Positions 1-17,272 are shown, counted from the first letter of the stretch. The stretch: 64,000 bases of DNA from Eledone cirrhosa (GCA_964016885.1 OZ024761.1:30442001-30506000); one strand, 5' to 3'. Numbers and translations: made by a program. Notes: a model not told the origin generated them from the letters alone.

Positions 1-50
1 TGTACATATACATCCATGCGTATATACACATATATGCATACATAGACATA

Positions 51-200
51 CAGGGTGTGGTTTGGGTTAAGAAACTTGTCTTAAAACCCGGTTGTTCCGG
101 GATCAACGTCACTGCGCGGCACCTTTGTTTTCTATTATCGACCAGTTCCTTGTGGGTGCAGTGTGTTGGGCGGTGACTGTGTAGAATCCTCTTGTATGTA
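51..200 (+). mobile_element. Old diverged tRNA-derived SINE
   Basis: Degenerate A/B boxes followed by CACTGCGCGGCACCTT; resembles a common octopus SINE from memory. Confidence 0.5.
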
Positions 201-300
201 TGACTAATAACCCTTAAAGGGTCAATTGGAAATGTGTAACTTCCGGTATTAGAAACCGTAAATATCCTTAGCTCGATCACCCCGTCTCTCTCTCTCTCTC

Positions 301-2666
<2,366 letters not shown>

Positions 2667-2785
2667 TAGTAGTAGTAGTACAGATTTAAGTTTAAGCTAA
2701 TAATTTCTGCTTCCACCCTATTACGGGATCTTCTGAAACTCTCATCAAACCTCTTCGGATTTTGGTCTTTGTAATTATTATTACC

Positions 2786-2826
<41 letters not shown>

Positions 2827-3475
2827 GGAACAAGTATGACCCCGACGGCAGAGCTCAAGCCATTTCGGTCCATCTGGTTCCTTACCACATCGGTAGAGGG
2901 TCGGACGCCATGCTTCCCAGCATAGTTACGTCCCTTTACGATCTGAGTTCAAATCCCGCCGAGGTTGACTTTGCCTTTCATCCTTACAGGGTCGATAAAA
3001 TAAAGTACCAGTAATGCACTGGGATAATTGCTGGCCTTGTGCCAAAAGTAGAAACAGTTATATATATATATACACACACGTGTGTGTGAGTGTGTGTGAG
3101 AGAGAGAGAGAGACACTTTCTCTATCCCTTTCATCATCTCTATCTCTCCCATCAATCAGTATTGGAACTTTGGTCAGATCATGTTACAGTGTTGCCGTGT
3201 TTTATTCCACGTTGTCTTGGGTTACAACTTTGCAGGTCAGTGATTTGATCTGTTCTGAAGTCATGATCTGGCATTTAAAACAATTGAATAGTGAGAGTAT
3301 GGAGTCATGTATCTCTCTTTCTCTTTCTCTCTCTCATTTTCTCTCTCTCTCTCTCTCTCTCTCACACATACACACGTACGTTAAACTATGATACACCGCT
3401 AATATGACTCTTAAGAGAAATTTCCGTTTACTTAACTGTTTATTTGGGCCTGTCTTGAATATATATAAATATATA

Positions 3476-3551
3476 CAGGGTGTCCCCCAAAAATGTATAC
3501 ATACTTTGATCAGAATGCTGCTGAAGTGTGTATACATTTTGGGGGGACACA

Positions 3552-3554
<3 letters not shown>
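3476..3554. mobile_element. Tiny Tc1/mariner MITE; relatives 11310-11408 and 6043-6119
   Basis: TA-flanked ~30 bp TIR CAGGGTGTCCCCCAAAAATGTATACA. Confidence 0.85.
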
Positions 3555-3594
<40 letters not shown>

Positions 3595-4745
3595 GTGTGA
3601 TTATAGTGTAGTACTTAACTATTTTCTTTAGTAAGATGAGAGAAGCTTTATCCACATTACAGTCTTTAGTTCATCATGTATTAATTATTTATGTATATAT
3701 ATTTATTCATTTTATTAAGGCTGAATAGTGAGTCAGACATACGGATATATATATATATGAAAAGATTCAGGACCTCGACGGCTGAGCCCCGGCCGTTTCG
3801 ACTGGGTTAATTGTCTGTGGCGGTAGTGTATGTTGCCGTTGAATTATAAATAACATGAAGTACTGGAAGTGCTAATGTCGATATAATTACTCATAGTTAC
3901 CAATGAAATTTTATAATACAAGTCTGTTCCTTCCTTCTAGTTTTTTAAAGGGGGGCTTGTACCTATAAGGTGAGGTGGTTAGCTACGAAGTATTGGGGTG
4001 AATTTAATTATCTCTCTCACACACACTCTCTCCTCCACGTGTGACCTTGTACTATAACGTTGGCAATTATAGTCATCATTAATTATTATTATTATTATTA
4101 ATATATATATAATATATTGACAGTGGAGTTAAATAGTTATTATAGACTCGTTGGAGTTACGTCCCTTTGCGTTTTGAGTTCAGATTTCGCCGATGTCGAT
4201 TTCATTTGTCAGTGTTTTATCCTTCCGTGGGTCTCGATAAAGGTAAAATATCAATCAAATACTGGTGGTGTACGGGTAGGACGGTGTAATGATCGATCAT
4301 GACCTTGTACTTATATTGAAAATCTATTACTATTATCATTATAGATAGTAGTAGTTGTAGTAGAAGCAGTAGTAGTAATATCTGTTGTTTCTTTATGGGC
4401 AGTGATACAGATGAACACAACTAACTGAGATTGAGTGGTGGCCTAGGTGTAACAGCGACACAAACAAGCGATAACTGGTTCGAATGTCGATGAGAGAGCC
4501 GCTATTTTAGAGTGTTGCCTATCCTGTCATCCCACCCCACTTATATTCAAAGTTTCTCGATGGAACTTACTTTATCCTTTGTTGGAAGCTCTCGGATATA
4601 TAATCAAAAATATATGGAGAAGGCAATACATTTAAAAACAAGATTTACATCTTACACTATGTTTCATCTCGAAGTAGAATTACAATTATATATATATATA
4701 TATATCGGAGACACTGGATAACGTATGTTTGCATGTATGTGTTTA

Positions 4746-4784
<39 letters not shown>

Positions 4785-6375
4785 ATGTGTATACTTTATA
4801 TATATATATTAATGACATGAGGGTGTGGTCTGATGGAAGCTTGGCTGCTGTTTCTAGAGTGACCACGTATCGTGTGTGTGCGTGCACGATAGATAGATAG
4901 ATATAATTGTTTCTACTTTAGGCACAAGGCCAGCAATTCACCAGTGCATTACTGGTACTTTATTTTAATGAATGTGTGAACTGGGTGATCAAACGTGTTT
5001 GTGTGTGAGAGAGAGAGAGAGAGATAAAGTAAATATGTGAATTGCATGATCAAACGTGTATGTATGTATGTGTGAGGGAGAGAGAGAGATAGCTAGCTAG
5101 ATAAGTGTATGTGTGAACTGGATGATCAAATGTGTGTGAAAGAGAGAGATGGATAGGCAGAGATATATGTAAATGTGAACAAATGTATGTGTGATGAAAT
5201 ATTTGGCGACTGTTTAACCAACCTGAGTAGGTGATTGATGTTTGAACCCATCTGTCAATCTCTCTCTCTCTCTCTCTCTCTCATCAAACCGCCACCCTCC
5301 TTCAGAAACGAAGGAGAGGCGGTTTTACTTTGTGTGATAGCTATGGCGAAAGAGGTTGTATGGTGGATGAGGTTAAAAGGGCTGAGGTTAGACACCTTTC
5401 TCTCCGGCCAACAACTGATTCTTTTTTTCAAATCCACTTTGGAAGAAGAATCAGGATGGAGAGAGGGGTGCTGTACCCCAGGATGGAGAGAGGGGTGCTG
5501 TACCCCAGGATGGAGAGAGGGGTGCTGTACCCCGCCTAGTTTTATGAAAGGTGGGTGAAAGTGGCGAGAATGGCCCGAGTGAATGGGGCCATCTCTTTAT
5601 ATCAGCCTGTAGGTTGAGGAAAAAGAGGAAAGGGGTACAAACTCTTCGTACTCCTGGAGATGAGGGTTGCACATTTTTTTTCGGGGGTATGTGTTACTCA
5701 TATGAAATGTCTCCTCCTATTGGGGAAAATCGATTAATTTTTAAATTGCATTTGTGATAGTATTTTACACGTTTTTATTGTATGTAAACTTCCCCATTTG
5801 TATTTGTCCCCTTCTTTTGTGCCCCTGTGGCTAATAAAGAAATATATCTATCTATCTATCTCACACATTAAACACTCGATTTACACAATACTATCTGTTC
5901 ATCTATCAGTCCCTCTATCCCTCTATATTCTCACTCTCACATATACATGTCTTTGTAACAACATACACATACATACACCCATATATCTGCTTTCTGTAAC
6001 ATGACACACACATATTCCTATATCTACCCATCTTTGTCTCACCCACTTTGATCACCTATCCAAGCAATATTTATTAGAATTCCGTTGAAGTGTGTAGACA
6101 TTTTTTTGGGACACCATGTATAAATATCTGCCTCTTTGTAACACACACACACACACACATATATATCTACCTATCTTTGTAATCTGACACACACACATAT
6201 ATTCACTTTACACGCGATACAATCTATCTAACGATCTACCCCACCCTCGCCTCATATAGATAATCTATCTCGTCCTCTCTCTCTCTCCCACATCTTTCTC
6301 TGCCAAAACACACATCTGTCTACATCTTTTACATAATCACATCATGTGTGTGTAGTACGTACAGTATGTCTAAAT

Positions 6376-6712
6376 CGTGCAACAGGCGACCCGCGGGCCG
6401 CAATCTGGCTCGCCAGACCAGTCATAGTGGCCCGCGATGACCCTTTTTTTAATTTTTACCTAGTAGGCTTATTTAGAATTTCTTTTGTAACCGTAATACA
6501 ATTTTCTGATAGTTGACCTATACTAAAGGGCTTCACTGATAAGGTTATGTGTGTCATAACTTCCCAGTACCATGTTATTTGTGTTTATTGTTTAAAAAAT
6601 GTATTCACAGTGTATTTATGACTGAGATTACATGTTTTTGACAGTGACTGGCCCTAATAGTTGTTCCAATGTTCAAAGGTGGCCAGCCAATGGAATATGT
6701 TGCACACCCCTG
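6376..6712. mobile_element. hAT (Charlie-like) non-autonomous element
   Basis: 8 bp duplication GTCTAAAT at 6368 and 6713; right TIR GTTGCACACCCCTG, left TIR partly deleted (CGTGCAAC); GGCCCGCG-type subterminal motifs. Confidence 0.85.
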
Positions 6713-6779
6713 GTCTAAATAGACTGATCAAGAAGCACGCCGAGACAGAAATGCGGTTTCGATTTCTGTCTGCACTTCG

Positions 6780-6811
<32 letters not shown>

Positions 6812-6856
6812 GAACAGATTAAAGTTTAAGCAAAGAATCGCTGCTTTCACCCTTAA

Positions 6857-7074
6857 CCCTTTAGCATTTAAACCCGCCGTATCCGGCCAATATTCTCTTA
6901 ACTCTTGCTGTTCAAACTGGCTGTAACCAGTCGCTCATACTGATGTTAAGGTATTGTTCTCAAAATAAATGATATCAAAATCTCATAGATCGATATTATG
7001 TGAGGTAATTGTGAGATAAAGCCTTTACCATGAAAATATAATAGTATATATAGAGTAATGTAAATACCAAAGGG
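6857..7074. mobile_element. piggyBac-type MITE (~215 bp); copies 10270-10483 (reversed), 48114-48370, 51008-51218, 59250-59470
   Basis: All five are flanked by TTAA on both sides, with TIR consensus CCCTTTAGCATTTA...TAAATGCTAAAGGG. Confidence 0.9.
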
Positions 7075-7942
7075 TTAAGCGTGAAAACAGCGATTCTTTG
7101 CTTAAACTTTAATTTGTTCTTATAATAAATATTTGTTCTACGGGTTTATATATATATTATATATAAATAATTCTTATCGAGCTCTCTTCGGATTTTAGTC
7201 TTCACATTTGTTATTACTATATATATATATATGTAATACATACATACACACGTGTACGAATGTGCTTAATAAAACCACAGAATGTTCCATAGTCATATTC
7301 ATTCCCCCTCCACAGACACCCTGTCTCACTTCACCACATTTGTGACCTTCTGTCTAAGTTTTTTTAAAAAGATATAAAAAAAAAAAAATCAATATATATA
7401 TATAAAGAACACTCTCATGCATACACACACACTCACACATATACATATGTGTGTGTGTGTACGTACGCAGGTACATGTGTACTAACTCTCCCTCCCTCCC
7501 TCCTCTTTCACTTCCTCATCCTACACTCTTCTCATTACTTTCTCTTGTTGTCTAGTTCCGAAAATAGACTTATACACCTTACTAATAACATACTTCCTAT
7601 CGTTCTTACACACCTCTACATATACCTAGACACACCTTCGCTAATGAAGAAAATTGCCCTTCAACCTTCATTCAAGCCTTACCTCTTCCTTCCACTCCAC
7701 TCATGACGAAGGTGACGAATCGAAATTAGAATAAAATGAATTTTTTTTAAAATAGCGATTCCAATTATTTTATCAGGCTTTCCAACTTCAGGTTTGTCAA
7801 TGGAAATAATACCAAAAAAGATAATTCCATAGATATTTTCTACAGAAACAGTATCATTTCTACAAATATCAATTATGAAAAAAAAAGACATTTTTTATAA
7901 TTAAAAATAAAAACTTAAACGTAATTATAATCTAAGATTACA

Positions 7943-9005
7943 CTGGTGTAGACATGTGATGTGTATGGATGATTTTTGTTGTGAAGAAGTTCCAACAAAT
8001 CCCAGTGGAAGGAAGCTGCAGTAGAGGGAGACCTGAGTATAAGAGGAATCAGATGTAGTGTGCAGGAGAGAAGACTGCTCTGGTGTAGACATGTGATGTG
8101 TATGGATGATTTTTGTTGTGAAGAAGTTCCAACAAATCCCAGTGGAAGGAAGCTGCAGTAGAGGGAGACCAGAGTATAAGAGGAATCAGATGTAGTGTGC
8201 AGGAGAGAAGACTGCTCTGGTGTAGACATGTGATGTGTATGGATGATTTTTGTTGTGAAGAAGTTCCAACAAATCCCAGTGGAAGGAAGCTGCAGTAGAG
8301 GGAGACCTGAGTATAAGAGGAATCAGATGTAGTGTGCAGGAGAGAAGACTGCTCTGGTGTAGACATGTGATGTGTATGGATGATTTTTGTTGTGAAGAAG
8401 TTCCAACAAATCCCAGTGGAAGGAAGCTGCAGTAGAGGGAGACCAGAGTATAAGAGGAATCAGATGTAGTGTGCAGGAGAGAAGACTGCTCTGGTGTAGA
8501 CATGTGATGTGTATGGATGATTTTTGTTGTGAAGAAGTTCCAACAAATCCCAGTGGAAGGAAGCTGCAGTAGAGGGAGACCTGAGTATAAGAGGAATCAG
8601 ATGTAGTGTGCAGGAGAGAAGACTGCTCTGGTGTAGACATGTGATGTGTATGGATGATTTTTGTTGTGAAGAAGTTCCAACAAATCCCAGTGGAAGGAAG
8701 CTGCAGTAGAGGTAGACCAGAGTATAAGAGGAATCAGATGTAGTGTGCAGGAGAGAAGACTGTTCTGGTGTAGACATGTGATGTGTATGGATGTTGTTTG
8801 TTGAGTGAAGACGTGTCAAGATATCCCAGTGGAAAGAAGCTGCAGTAGAGGTAGACCAAAGAAGACCTGGGCAGATGTGAAAGCTGATACCAAATTGCTG
8901 AAGCTCACAAGCGAGATGAGTGACGAGACGCTGTGCTGAAAAAGATCTGTCCAACCCATGCATGCATAGAAAAGTGGATGTAAAATAATGATGATGAAGA
9001 TGAAG
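7943..9005 (+). mobile_element. RTE 3' fragment whose 5' part is a 137 bp tandem array (6 units + terminal copy)
   Basis: Units start 7943, 8080, 8217, 8354, 8491, 8628, 8765; homologous to the RTE segment GIRC.VQERRL.W..HV..GRP; ends in CCAACCCATGC...(TGA)n tail. Confidence 0.88.
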
Positions 9006-11105
9006 AAATTTATGAAGAAACAGTCAGTTTCTACAGTCAGTGGTAGGAAGGTTATCCATCTGTAGAAAGCTTGCCAAACAAAGAGTTGGGAGGACCCTAA
9101 GTTGTGTCAATGACATGACAACGTCTCCTGTGCACTCGGTAGAATGTGAGACCGTACATAGGTGAGAAGCTGATTTCTGGGAGATCAGTAGCCCCACTTC
9201 AGTACTGACTTCGTCTATGTAGACCCATCCAACTCTTGCTAGCAAGGAAAGCAGATGTTAGAATGATGATAATGGTGTGGGCTATAGACAGACTGGGGGA
9301 AAAAAGTCAAAAATGGCCCTTAGAAAAATAAGTTACTGATCAAAATTTGAATGCTATTTCTAACAGGTCAAGTCTAAAAGTCTGTCTTGAGTCCAGAGGC
9401 TCATCGGGCCGGTGTTTATTCTGGTTTCCGTGGCTTGAAGCAACTGAATGTACAAGACCCCCCCCCCCCCCACTGGACAGGATACCAGTCCATTGCAGGG
9501 TTAAATCCCCAGCTATTGCTGGTACACATTTTCATTTGAGTATACTGGAGCAAGGGGAAATTGTTTTGCTCAAGAATGCAACACGCAACTCAGTTCAGGA
9601 TTCGAACCCACGACAATATGATCATAAGTCCAACATTCTTACCACTAGGCCACACACTTCCAAATGTTGTCAAATGACTGCATTTTATTTAGAGATGTTA
9701 AGGTGTTAAAGCATTGAACTCATTTGTATATAGTATACAATTGAGTTATGTCACATCATATATATTGTGTATACATATATGGTGTATATATAGTGTACAG
9801 ATAAATTGCAATGTTACTGAATCCTAGCTGTAACAGCCTTTACCTTACCCTTGGACAACATCAAGGGAGACTGCTATGCATGAGTGACTGCTTTGTCTTC
9901 CACAAAAACACTTTGCCCAGGCTTTTGCTTCAGATAGGAATATTCTAGATATAAACAGATGTTTAGCTATGACAGGAGATCTCCTCAACTGGTTTTAACT
10001 GGTTCACTACATGCAGTAATTTGGGACATTGTTTCAATTCTAACATGAATCTATTGCACTTTACCTATTTCTTTTACTCTTTTTAGCCATTTGACTAAGG
10101 CCATGATGGAGCACTGCCGTCAAGGGGTTTAGTTGTTAGCAGTGGATACCCTGCTTAAAAAATAAGCTATGGGTTAACATTAGGAAGGGCATCCAGCCAC
10201 ACAAAAAACTTGCCTCTAAACGTGTTATACCAACCTTCCATCATGATTTTATGTAAGAACTTTTCTTAACCCTTTAGCATTTACATTACTCTATATATAC
10301 TATTATATTTTCACGGTAAAGGCTTTACCTCATAATTATCTCTACAGCATATCGAATCTATAAGATTTTGATATTATTTATTTTGAGAACAATACATTAA
10401 CATCAGTATGAGTGACCTGTTAACAGCTGGTTTAAACAGAAAGAGAATTCTGGCCAGATATGGCCGGTTTAAATGCTAAAGGGTTAAGTTATGCTCCAAA
10501 CACCAACTTGAGAAAGTTAGTTATATTACTAAATCTTTCTGAATTCTGAATTATTTTCAAAATTATTTGAAAATCAGAGGCAGTGTCTTTCATTAGAAAT
10601 GTGATAACGAAAGAGTTAATGGCATTTTCAAATTTATACCTGTTGACTTCAATTGCTGGTCCCTATTTCGTGTAGACTATCTTTCCCATTAAACACTGAC
10701 TTAAGCCCAGATTCTCATCAAACCAATTGGCATTAAACAGTTGAGATCACAAGATATACCCCTGGATAGGACTTAAGTCCATTGCAGGGTCAGCTCCCTG
10801 AAACTACTGCTATTCATGTTTTCAGTGGATTTGTTTAAGCAACTTGTTGGTTTCTGTTCATTTGACTGAGTGTAGTGAGGTAATTTTCCTGTTGTTTGTA
10901 CATCTAGACGTAACATATGCACATGTCCACATGCACATGCGCCCCCTTCTCTTCTCCATATGCACACAACCTGGCATCCATGCACCTACAGGCTCACACA
11001 CATACACACACACAGGCAGACACTATTATACCGCCAACACCATGCCCTAGTTATCGGCAGACATAAGTTATGTACATATACCATTCACACTGTATCAGGT
11101 GCTGA

Positions 11106-11142
<37 letters not shown>

Positions 11143-11446
11143 CATATATATATTAACATATATAGCATTACAAACATGTGTATTGTGTGTGTGTGTATAT
11201 ATATATATATATACACACACACATAAAGATATACAGCATACGTATATGTGTATGTATACACACAAACACTCGTGTACATATGCTGTATACCATTATGTAT
11301 ATATATATACAAAGTGTCCCTAAAAATGTATACACACTTTGATTGCCTGTACAGGCAATATTTATTAGAATGCTGTTGAAGTGTGTATACATTTTTAGGG
11401 ACACCCTAAATACACACACACACAATGTATATGTATATTGTATATC

Positions 11447-11486
<40 letters not shown>

Positions 11487-11527
11487 TCAAATCCTCTTCG
11501 GATTTTAGTCTTCACATTTATTATTAC

Positions 11528-11558
<31 letters not shown>

Positions 11559-12169
11559 ATACACAGACAGACCTACATAGATAGATATATATATCAATAT
11601 ATCAATTAAGGTGGAATAGAAGGTATCAGTGAATGCTATACACCATCTCTCTCTCTCTCATATATATATCGGAAATCAATACATGTGTTAAACTCTGCTG
11701 GGGCTGGCTATTAACATTTCATAGACTTATTTCTTTCTTTGTGTTTCTCTGTTTTTCTTTGTGTCTCTGGACATCTATTGGTGTGTGTGTGTGTGTGTGT
11801 ATATATGTGTGTGTGTGTGTGTGTGTGTATGCGCGTGCATGTGTGCGTATATATGTATGTGTGTGTGTGTGTATATATATGTGTGTGTGTATCTGTATAT
11901 AAATGTGTATATATGTGTGTGTTTGTGTATATATGTGTATATATACATGTGTTTGTGTATATATGTGTATATATACATATTTGTGTGTATGTATATGTAT
12001 GTATGTATGTATGTATATATATATCAGCCCTTTACATCCTTTTATCCATACTTATTAATGTTCTTTGTTATGGCTAAGTGATGAGGCTTGTTTCTTTGGA
12101 GTTTCACATGTACTCAAGGATCATCAGACAAGACAGATATATATATATATATATATATGTGTCCGTGTC

Positions 12170-12335
12170 TGTGTGATTCCTGGGTTCAATCGGGGGTATC
12201 CACAGTAAGTAAGGTACTCAATACATTAGTAGAGTATATACAAAATTTAATATAGAAATGGCTTCTACAAGACTAGAACTGTTTCATTCAAATGAAACAG
12301 TTCTAGTCTTGTAGAAGCCATTTCTCTATTTAATT
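12170..12335. mobile_element. Palindromic Penelope-like LTR fragment; non-palindromic relative at about 36940-37270 is split by a SINE
   Basis: Inverted repeat 12244-12335; the relative has CTGATGA...GAAAC on the minus strand at 37231-37254. Confidence 0.6.
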
Positions 12336-12356
12336 ATATATATGTATATATATATA

Positions 12357-12779
12357 TCATCATCATCATCATTTTACGTCCGCTTTTCCCTGCTTGCAAG
12401 AGTTGGATGGGTCCTATTCAGCACCTCGCCACTTGTCACGGTCCCTCATCATCTCCTTGGTGAGTTTCAGCGATCTGAGGTCTGCTCTCACCACCTCTGC
12501 CCATGTTTTACGTGGTCTACCTCTACTGCATCTTCCTTCTACTGGTATTTCTTGGCACTTCTTTACCCAGCGGTCATCCTCCATGCGCATCACATGTCCA
12601 TACCATCTCAGCCTTCTCTCCTGCACACCACAACTTATCCCTGTTATACCCAGTTTCTTTCTCAACTCGTCTATGCTTGGTCGTTCACGCACATTGACAT
12701 TGCACATCCAACGGAGCATACTTGCTTCATTTCTCTCCAGCCGTCGTATATCCTCTGCCCATGTCTCACTACCATGCAT
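12357..12779 (-). mobile_element. RTE-clade LINE 3' fragment (short 3' UTR)
   Basis: ORF GSETW...MLRWMC...RRLRWYGHVMRM...GRPRKTW...DRDKWR, then tail GCAAGCAGGGAAAAGCGGACGTAAAA(TGA)n. Confidence 0.92.
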
Positions 12780-13154
12780 GTGAGAGAGGTCAGATCAGAT
12801 GACTGTATCTTGCTCATACAGAACTGTTTCTGGCTTGGTTTCTACAGCTGGATGCCCTTCCTAACACCAACCACATTTACAGTAAGTACAGGGTGCTTTT
12901 TATCGTGGAACCAAAATGACCTCTTCACTGCGTGGACTGGGCACTTTTTGTCATGTCACCAACCTGACCACTGCACAGGATGCACCGGGTGCCTTTTGTC
13001 ATGCCACCAACAATTATATCTGTAGGTATAATTGTCATAAAATTGTGGTTGTGGTTGTCATCATCGTGGTATTAATGGTTGTATATGTGAGAGTTAATTT
13101 GTTGCAATTTTAAAAAAAAAGTATGTATATATTAAGAGTTCTTTATATAATAAT

Positions 13155-13336
13155 TTTCTACTTTTGGCACAAGGCCAGAAATTACCCAGTGCATTACTGG
13201 TACTTTATTTTATTGACCCCGTAAGGATGAAAGGCAAAGTTAACCTCGGCAGAATTTGAACTCAGAATGGAAAGAACCATAACTATATGCTGCAAAGCAT
13301 GGTGTCCAACCCTCTACCGATACTGCCAATCCTCCC
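13155..13336 (-). mobile_element. SINE family A copy
   Basis: Same consensus; 18 bp duplication AGTTCTTTATATAATAAT at 13137 and 13337. Confidence 0.9.
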
Positions 13337-13792
13337 AGTTCTTTATATAATAATAATATATATATCATCATCATCATCATCACCGCTTAATGTCTATTTT
13401 CGACACTAGCATAGTGTGCAATCCCTTTGTGAGAGATCAGGTTAGAGAACCTTGATTTGAACACATGGAAGAAATTGGCTGTGTTCCCACATGGAAAGAG
13501 AGGGATTCTACCAGATGTCCCAGTAAAAGTTTAGCAGAAGAGAAAAGTATTTGCCTTCAGCCCTCTTTTTTGTCATGGCTACCAAGCAGATAAAAAACTG
13601 CTTGCCCATTCCGGCTGAAGGAAGGTGGCAGGATGATCTTCATTGGACTCAGTTGATAGCCAGTTCTGTCCCACATGTAACAGTAAGTGTTCAACATAAA
13701 CACACTAGTCAGCAGTGCTCAGGCACTGGATAAGTACATGATGGATGGTTTTATCACCCTGCACTTGTCTCTGACAGGCTCAGCTGGCAGCT

Positions 13793-14905
13793 CCCAGAAA
13801 AGAGTCATTAGTTGAAGATGAGGGATTTCTGGAAGTCATCCATCAGCCCTGGACCAAAAGTTCTCCATCAGCCCTGGGCCGAAAGTTATCTAGAAAAGAG
13901 TGGTTAGTTGAAGATGAGGGATTTCTGGAAGTTATCCATCAGCCCTGGACCAAAAGTTCTCCAGAAAAGAGTGGCTGGTTGAAGATGAGGGATTTCTGGA
14001 AGTTATTCATCAGCCCTGGGCCGAAAGTTCTCTAGAAAAGAGTGGTTAGTTGAAGATGAGGGATTTCTGGAAGTTATTCATCAGCCCTGGGCCGAAAGTT
14101 CTCCAGAAAAGAGTGGCTGGTTGAAGATGAGGGATTTCTGGAAGTTATTCATCAGCCCTGGGCCGAAAGTTCTCTAGAAAAGAGTGGTTAGTTGAAGATG
14201 AGGGATTTCTGGAAGTTATTCATCGGCCCTGGGCTGAAAGTTCTCCAGAAAAGAGTGGCTGGTTGAAGATGAGGGAATTCTGGAAGTTATCCTTCAGCCC
14301 TGGGCCAAAAGTTCTCCAGAAAAGAGTGGTTAGTTGAAAACGAGGGATTTCTGGAAGTTATCCATCAGCCCTGGGCCAAAAGTTTTCCAGAAAAGAGTCA
14401 TTAGTTGAAAATGAGGGATTTCTGGAAGTTATTCATCAGCCCTGGGCTGAAAGTTCTCCAGAAAAGAGTGGCTGGTTGAAGATGAGGGAATTCTGGAAGT
14501 TATCCTTCAGCCCTGGGCCAAAAGTTTTCCAGAAAAGAGTGGCTGGTTGAAGATGAGGGATTTCTGGAAGTTATTCATCAGCCCTGGGCCGAAAGTTCTC
14601 CAGAAAAGAGCGGTTAGTTGAAGATGAGGGAATTCTGGAAGTTATTCATCAGCCCTGGGCCAAAAGTTCTCCAGAAAAGATTGGCTGGTTGAAGATGAAG
14701 GAATTCTGGAAGTTATTCATCAGCCCTGGGCTGAAAGTTCTCCAGAAAAGAGTGGCTGGTTGAAGATGAGGGATTTCTGGAAGTTATCCATCAGCCCTGG
14801 GCCAAAAGTTTTCCAGAAAAGAGTCATTAGTTGAAGATGAGGGATTTCTGGAAGTGATTCATCAGCCCTGGACTGGAGCTCCTCTAGAAAAGAGTGGTTA
14901 GTTGA
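13793..14905. repeat. 71 bp minisatellite, about 15 copies
   Basis: Unit CTCCAGAAAAGAGTGG...GGGATTTCTGGAAGTTATTCATCAGCCCTGGGCCGAAAGTT; starts at 14101 and 14172. Confidence 0.95.
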
Positions 14906-15182
14906 TTTTCAAAGACACCCAGAGTTTCACCTAGAATGTCATCAATTTTACCCACCATTAACCCTCTATAGAACACCAAGGTGGAGGTTCCACAGATCAT
15001 AACTTCCTGATTAGCAGAAGGCTGGAAATGATTAAAATATTTCCTGATCTAAACAAAGAAAATATAAATCCAACGGAATGGTGCCGTGAGTTGATTATAT
15101 TTGAAGTAATCTCATGTTGAGTATGTCAATATTTGAAGTAGAGACCATGTATGTATGTATGTGTATGTATATCTATATAATG

Positions 15183-15231
<49 letters not shown>

Positions 15232-15653
15232 CTATGTATATATATATATGTATAAACACACACACCTGTGTGTAAACACATTCTTGTTGTTGCAGTTTGT
15301 AATTTATTAGCTATTGATTTTTCATAATATATACATATATAAATATATACAGTGGTATTTACCATACACACACACGCAATGCATATATATCACCATCATC
15401 AGGCACCTGCTTTCTATGGTGGCATGGCTGTGTGTGTGTGTATATATACATACATACATACACATATCAGCATTGCTGTTTGGAAGAGAAAAGAAATGTA
15501 TTTGTGATTGTGTATGCATATTTGTGTGTGTGTGTGTGTATACAATGTATATATAATCATCATCATCTCTCTTTCTCTCTCTCTCTTTTTTTCTCTCTCT
15601 CTCTCTTTTTCTCTCTCTCTCTCTTTTTCTCTCTCTCTCTCTCTTTTTCTCTC

Positions 15654-15740
<87 letters not shown>

Positions 15741-16027
15741 AGATAAATTTCTTTATTAGCCACAAGGGCACAAAAGAAGGGGACAAATACAAACGGGGAG
15801 TTTACATACAGGTTTAATAAAATAACAAATAACAATTGAAATCCCCAATAGGGGGGAGGCGTTACACAGGGGTTGTACACACCCAGAAAAAAATGTACAA
15901 CCCTCATCTCCAGGAGCACCCAGAGTGAGTACTCCCTTCCTCTTTTCCTCTTTTTCCTCAACCTTCATAGATAGATATATGTATTTATGTATGTGTGTAT
16001 GTATAGAAATATGTCTTTATATATGTA

Positions 16028-16058
<31 letters not shown>

Positions 16059-16109
16059 ATATGTATATATATATATATATGTATATATATATGTATATAT
16101 GTATATATG

Positions 16110-16145
<36 letters not shown>

Positions 16146-16257
16146 GAGATAGATATATGTATTTATATACATATATATGTGTGTATATATATAGATAGAT
16201 ATGTGTATATATATGTGTGTGTATATATATAGATAGATATATGTTTTTATATATGTA

Positions 16258-16289
<32 letters not shown>

Positions 16290-17078
16290 AACCAATTTCT
16301 GAATCTGGCAATAAGACAAATCTAAACTAAGAAAAAACCCATTAATTTACTTATTGTCTTCTAGTATTATCATCATCATAATTATATGTATTATAACCCA
16401 GCATCATCATCACTACCACCATCATGACCATCACTATCATCATCACCGCTATCATCATTATCACCATCATAACTAGCATCATCATCGCCATCGTGACCAC
16501 CACCACCATCATGACCACCACCATCATGACCACCACTATCATGACCACCACCACCATGACCACCACCACCATCATGACCACCATCAACATCACTATCATC
16601 ACCATTATCATCAACACAACCTCCACCATCATAACCACGACCATTACTATCATCATCATCATCACTATAATGACCACCACCATTACTATCATCATCATCA
16701 CTATAATGACCACCACCATTACTAACATCATCACTATAATGACCACCACAATCACCATCACCACACCACCACAAACTTTTTCTGAATATTCAAATTGATT
16801 ACTCAATTCTTTGATTTTAATTAAACGGTCAACTCTGGCAATATATTGGATACTTAGTGATGTTTACGTGTGTGTGTGGGGGGGGGGGGGGGGGCATAAG
16901 GTATATATTTTATATATGTATATATATGTGTGTGTGTGTGTGTGAGAGGGGGCATGGAGTAGATATATATATATATATATATATGTATGTATATATATAT
17001 ATATAATTGTATCAATATATATATATATATATATTCTCATACTTGTAATTGGATAATACTTATATTACCCACATTATA

Positions 17079-17119
<41 letters not shown>

Positions 17120-17204
17120 GTATCAATATATTTATATATATATACACACATATATATAATGTGGGTAATATAAGTATTATCCAATTACAAGTATGAGAAT
17201 AACT

Positions 17205-17253
<49 letters not shown>

Positions 17254-17272
17254 TTATATATGTGTGCATGTT

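Noticed and set aside
16351-16806. Gly/His/Asp-rich ORF resembling cephalopod structural proteins
   Set aside because: (CAT/CAC)n low complexity, open in several frames, with no signal peptide or splice support
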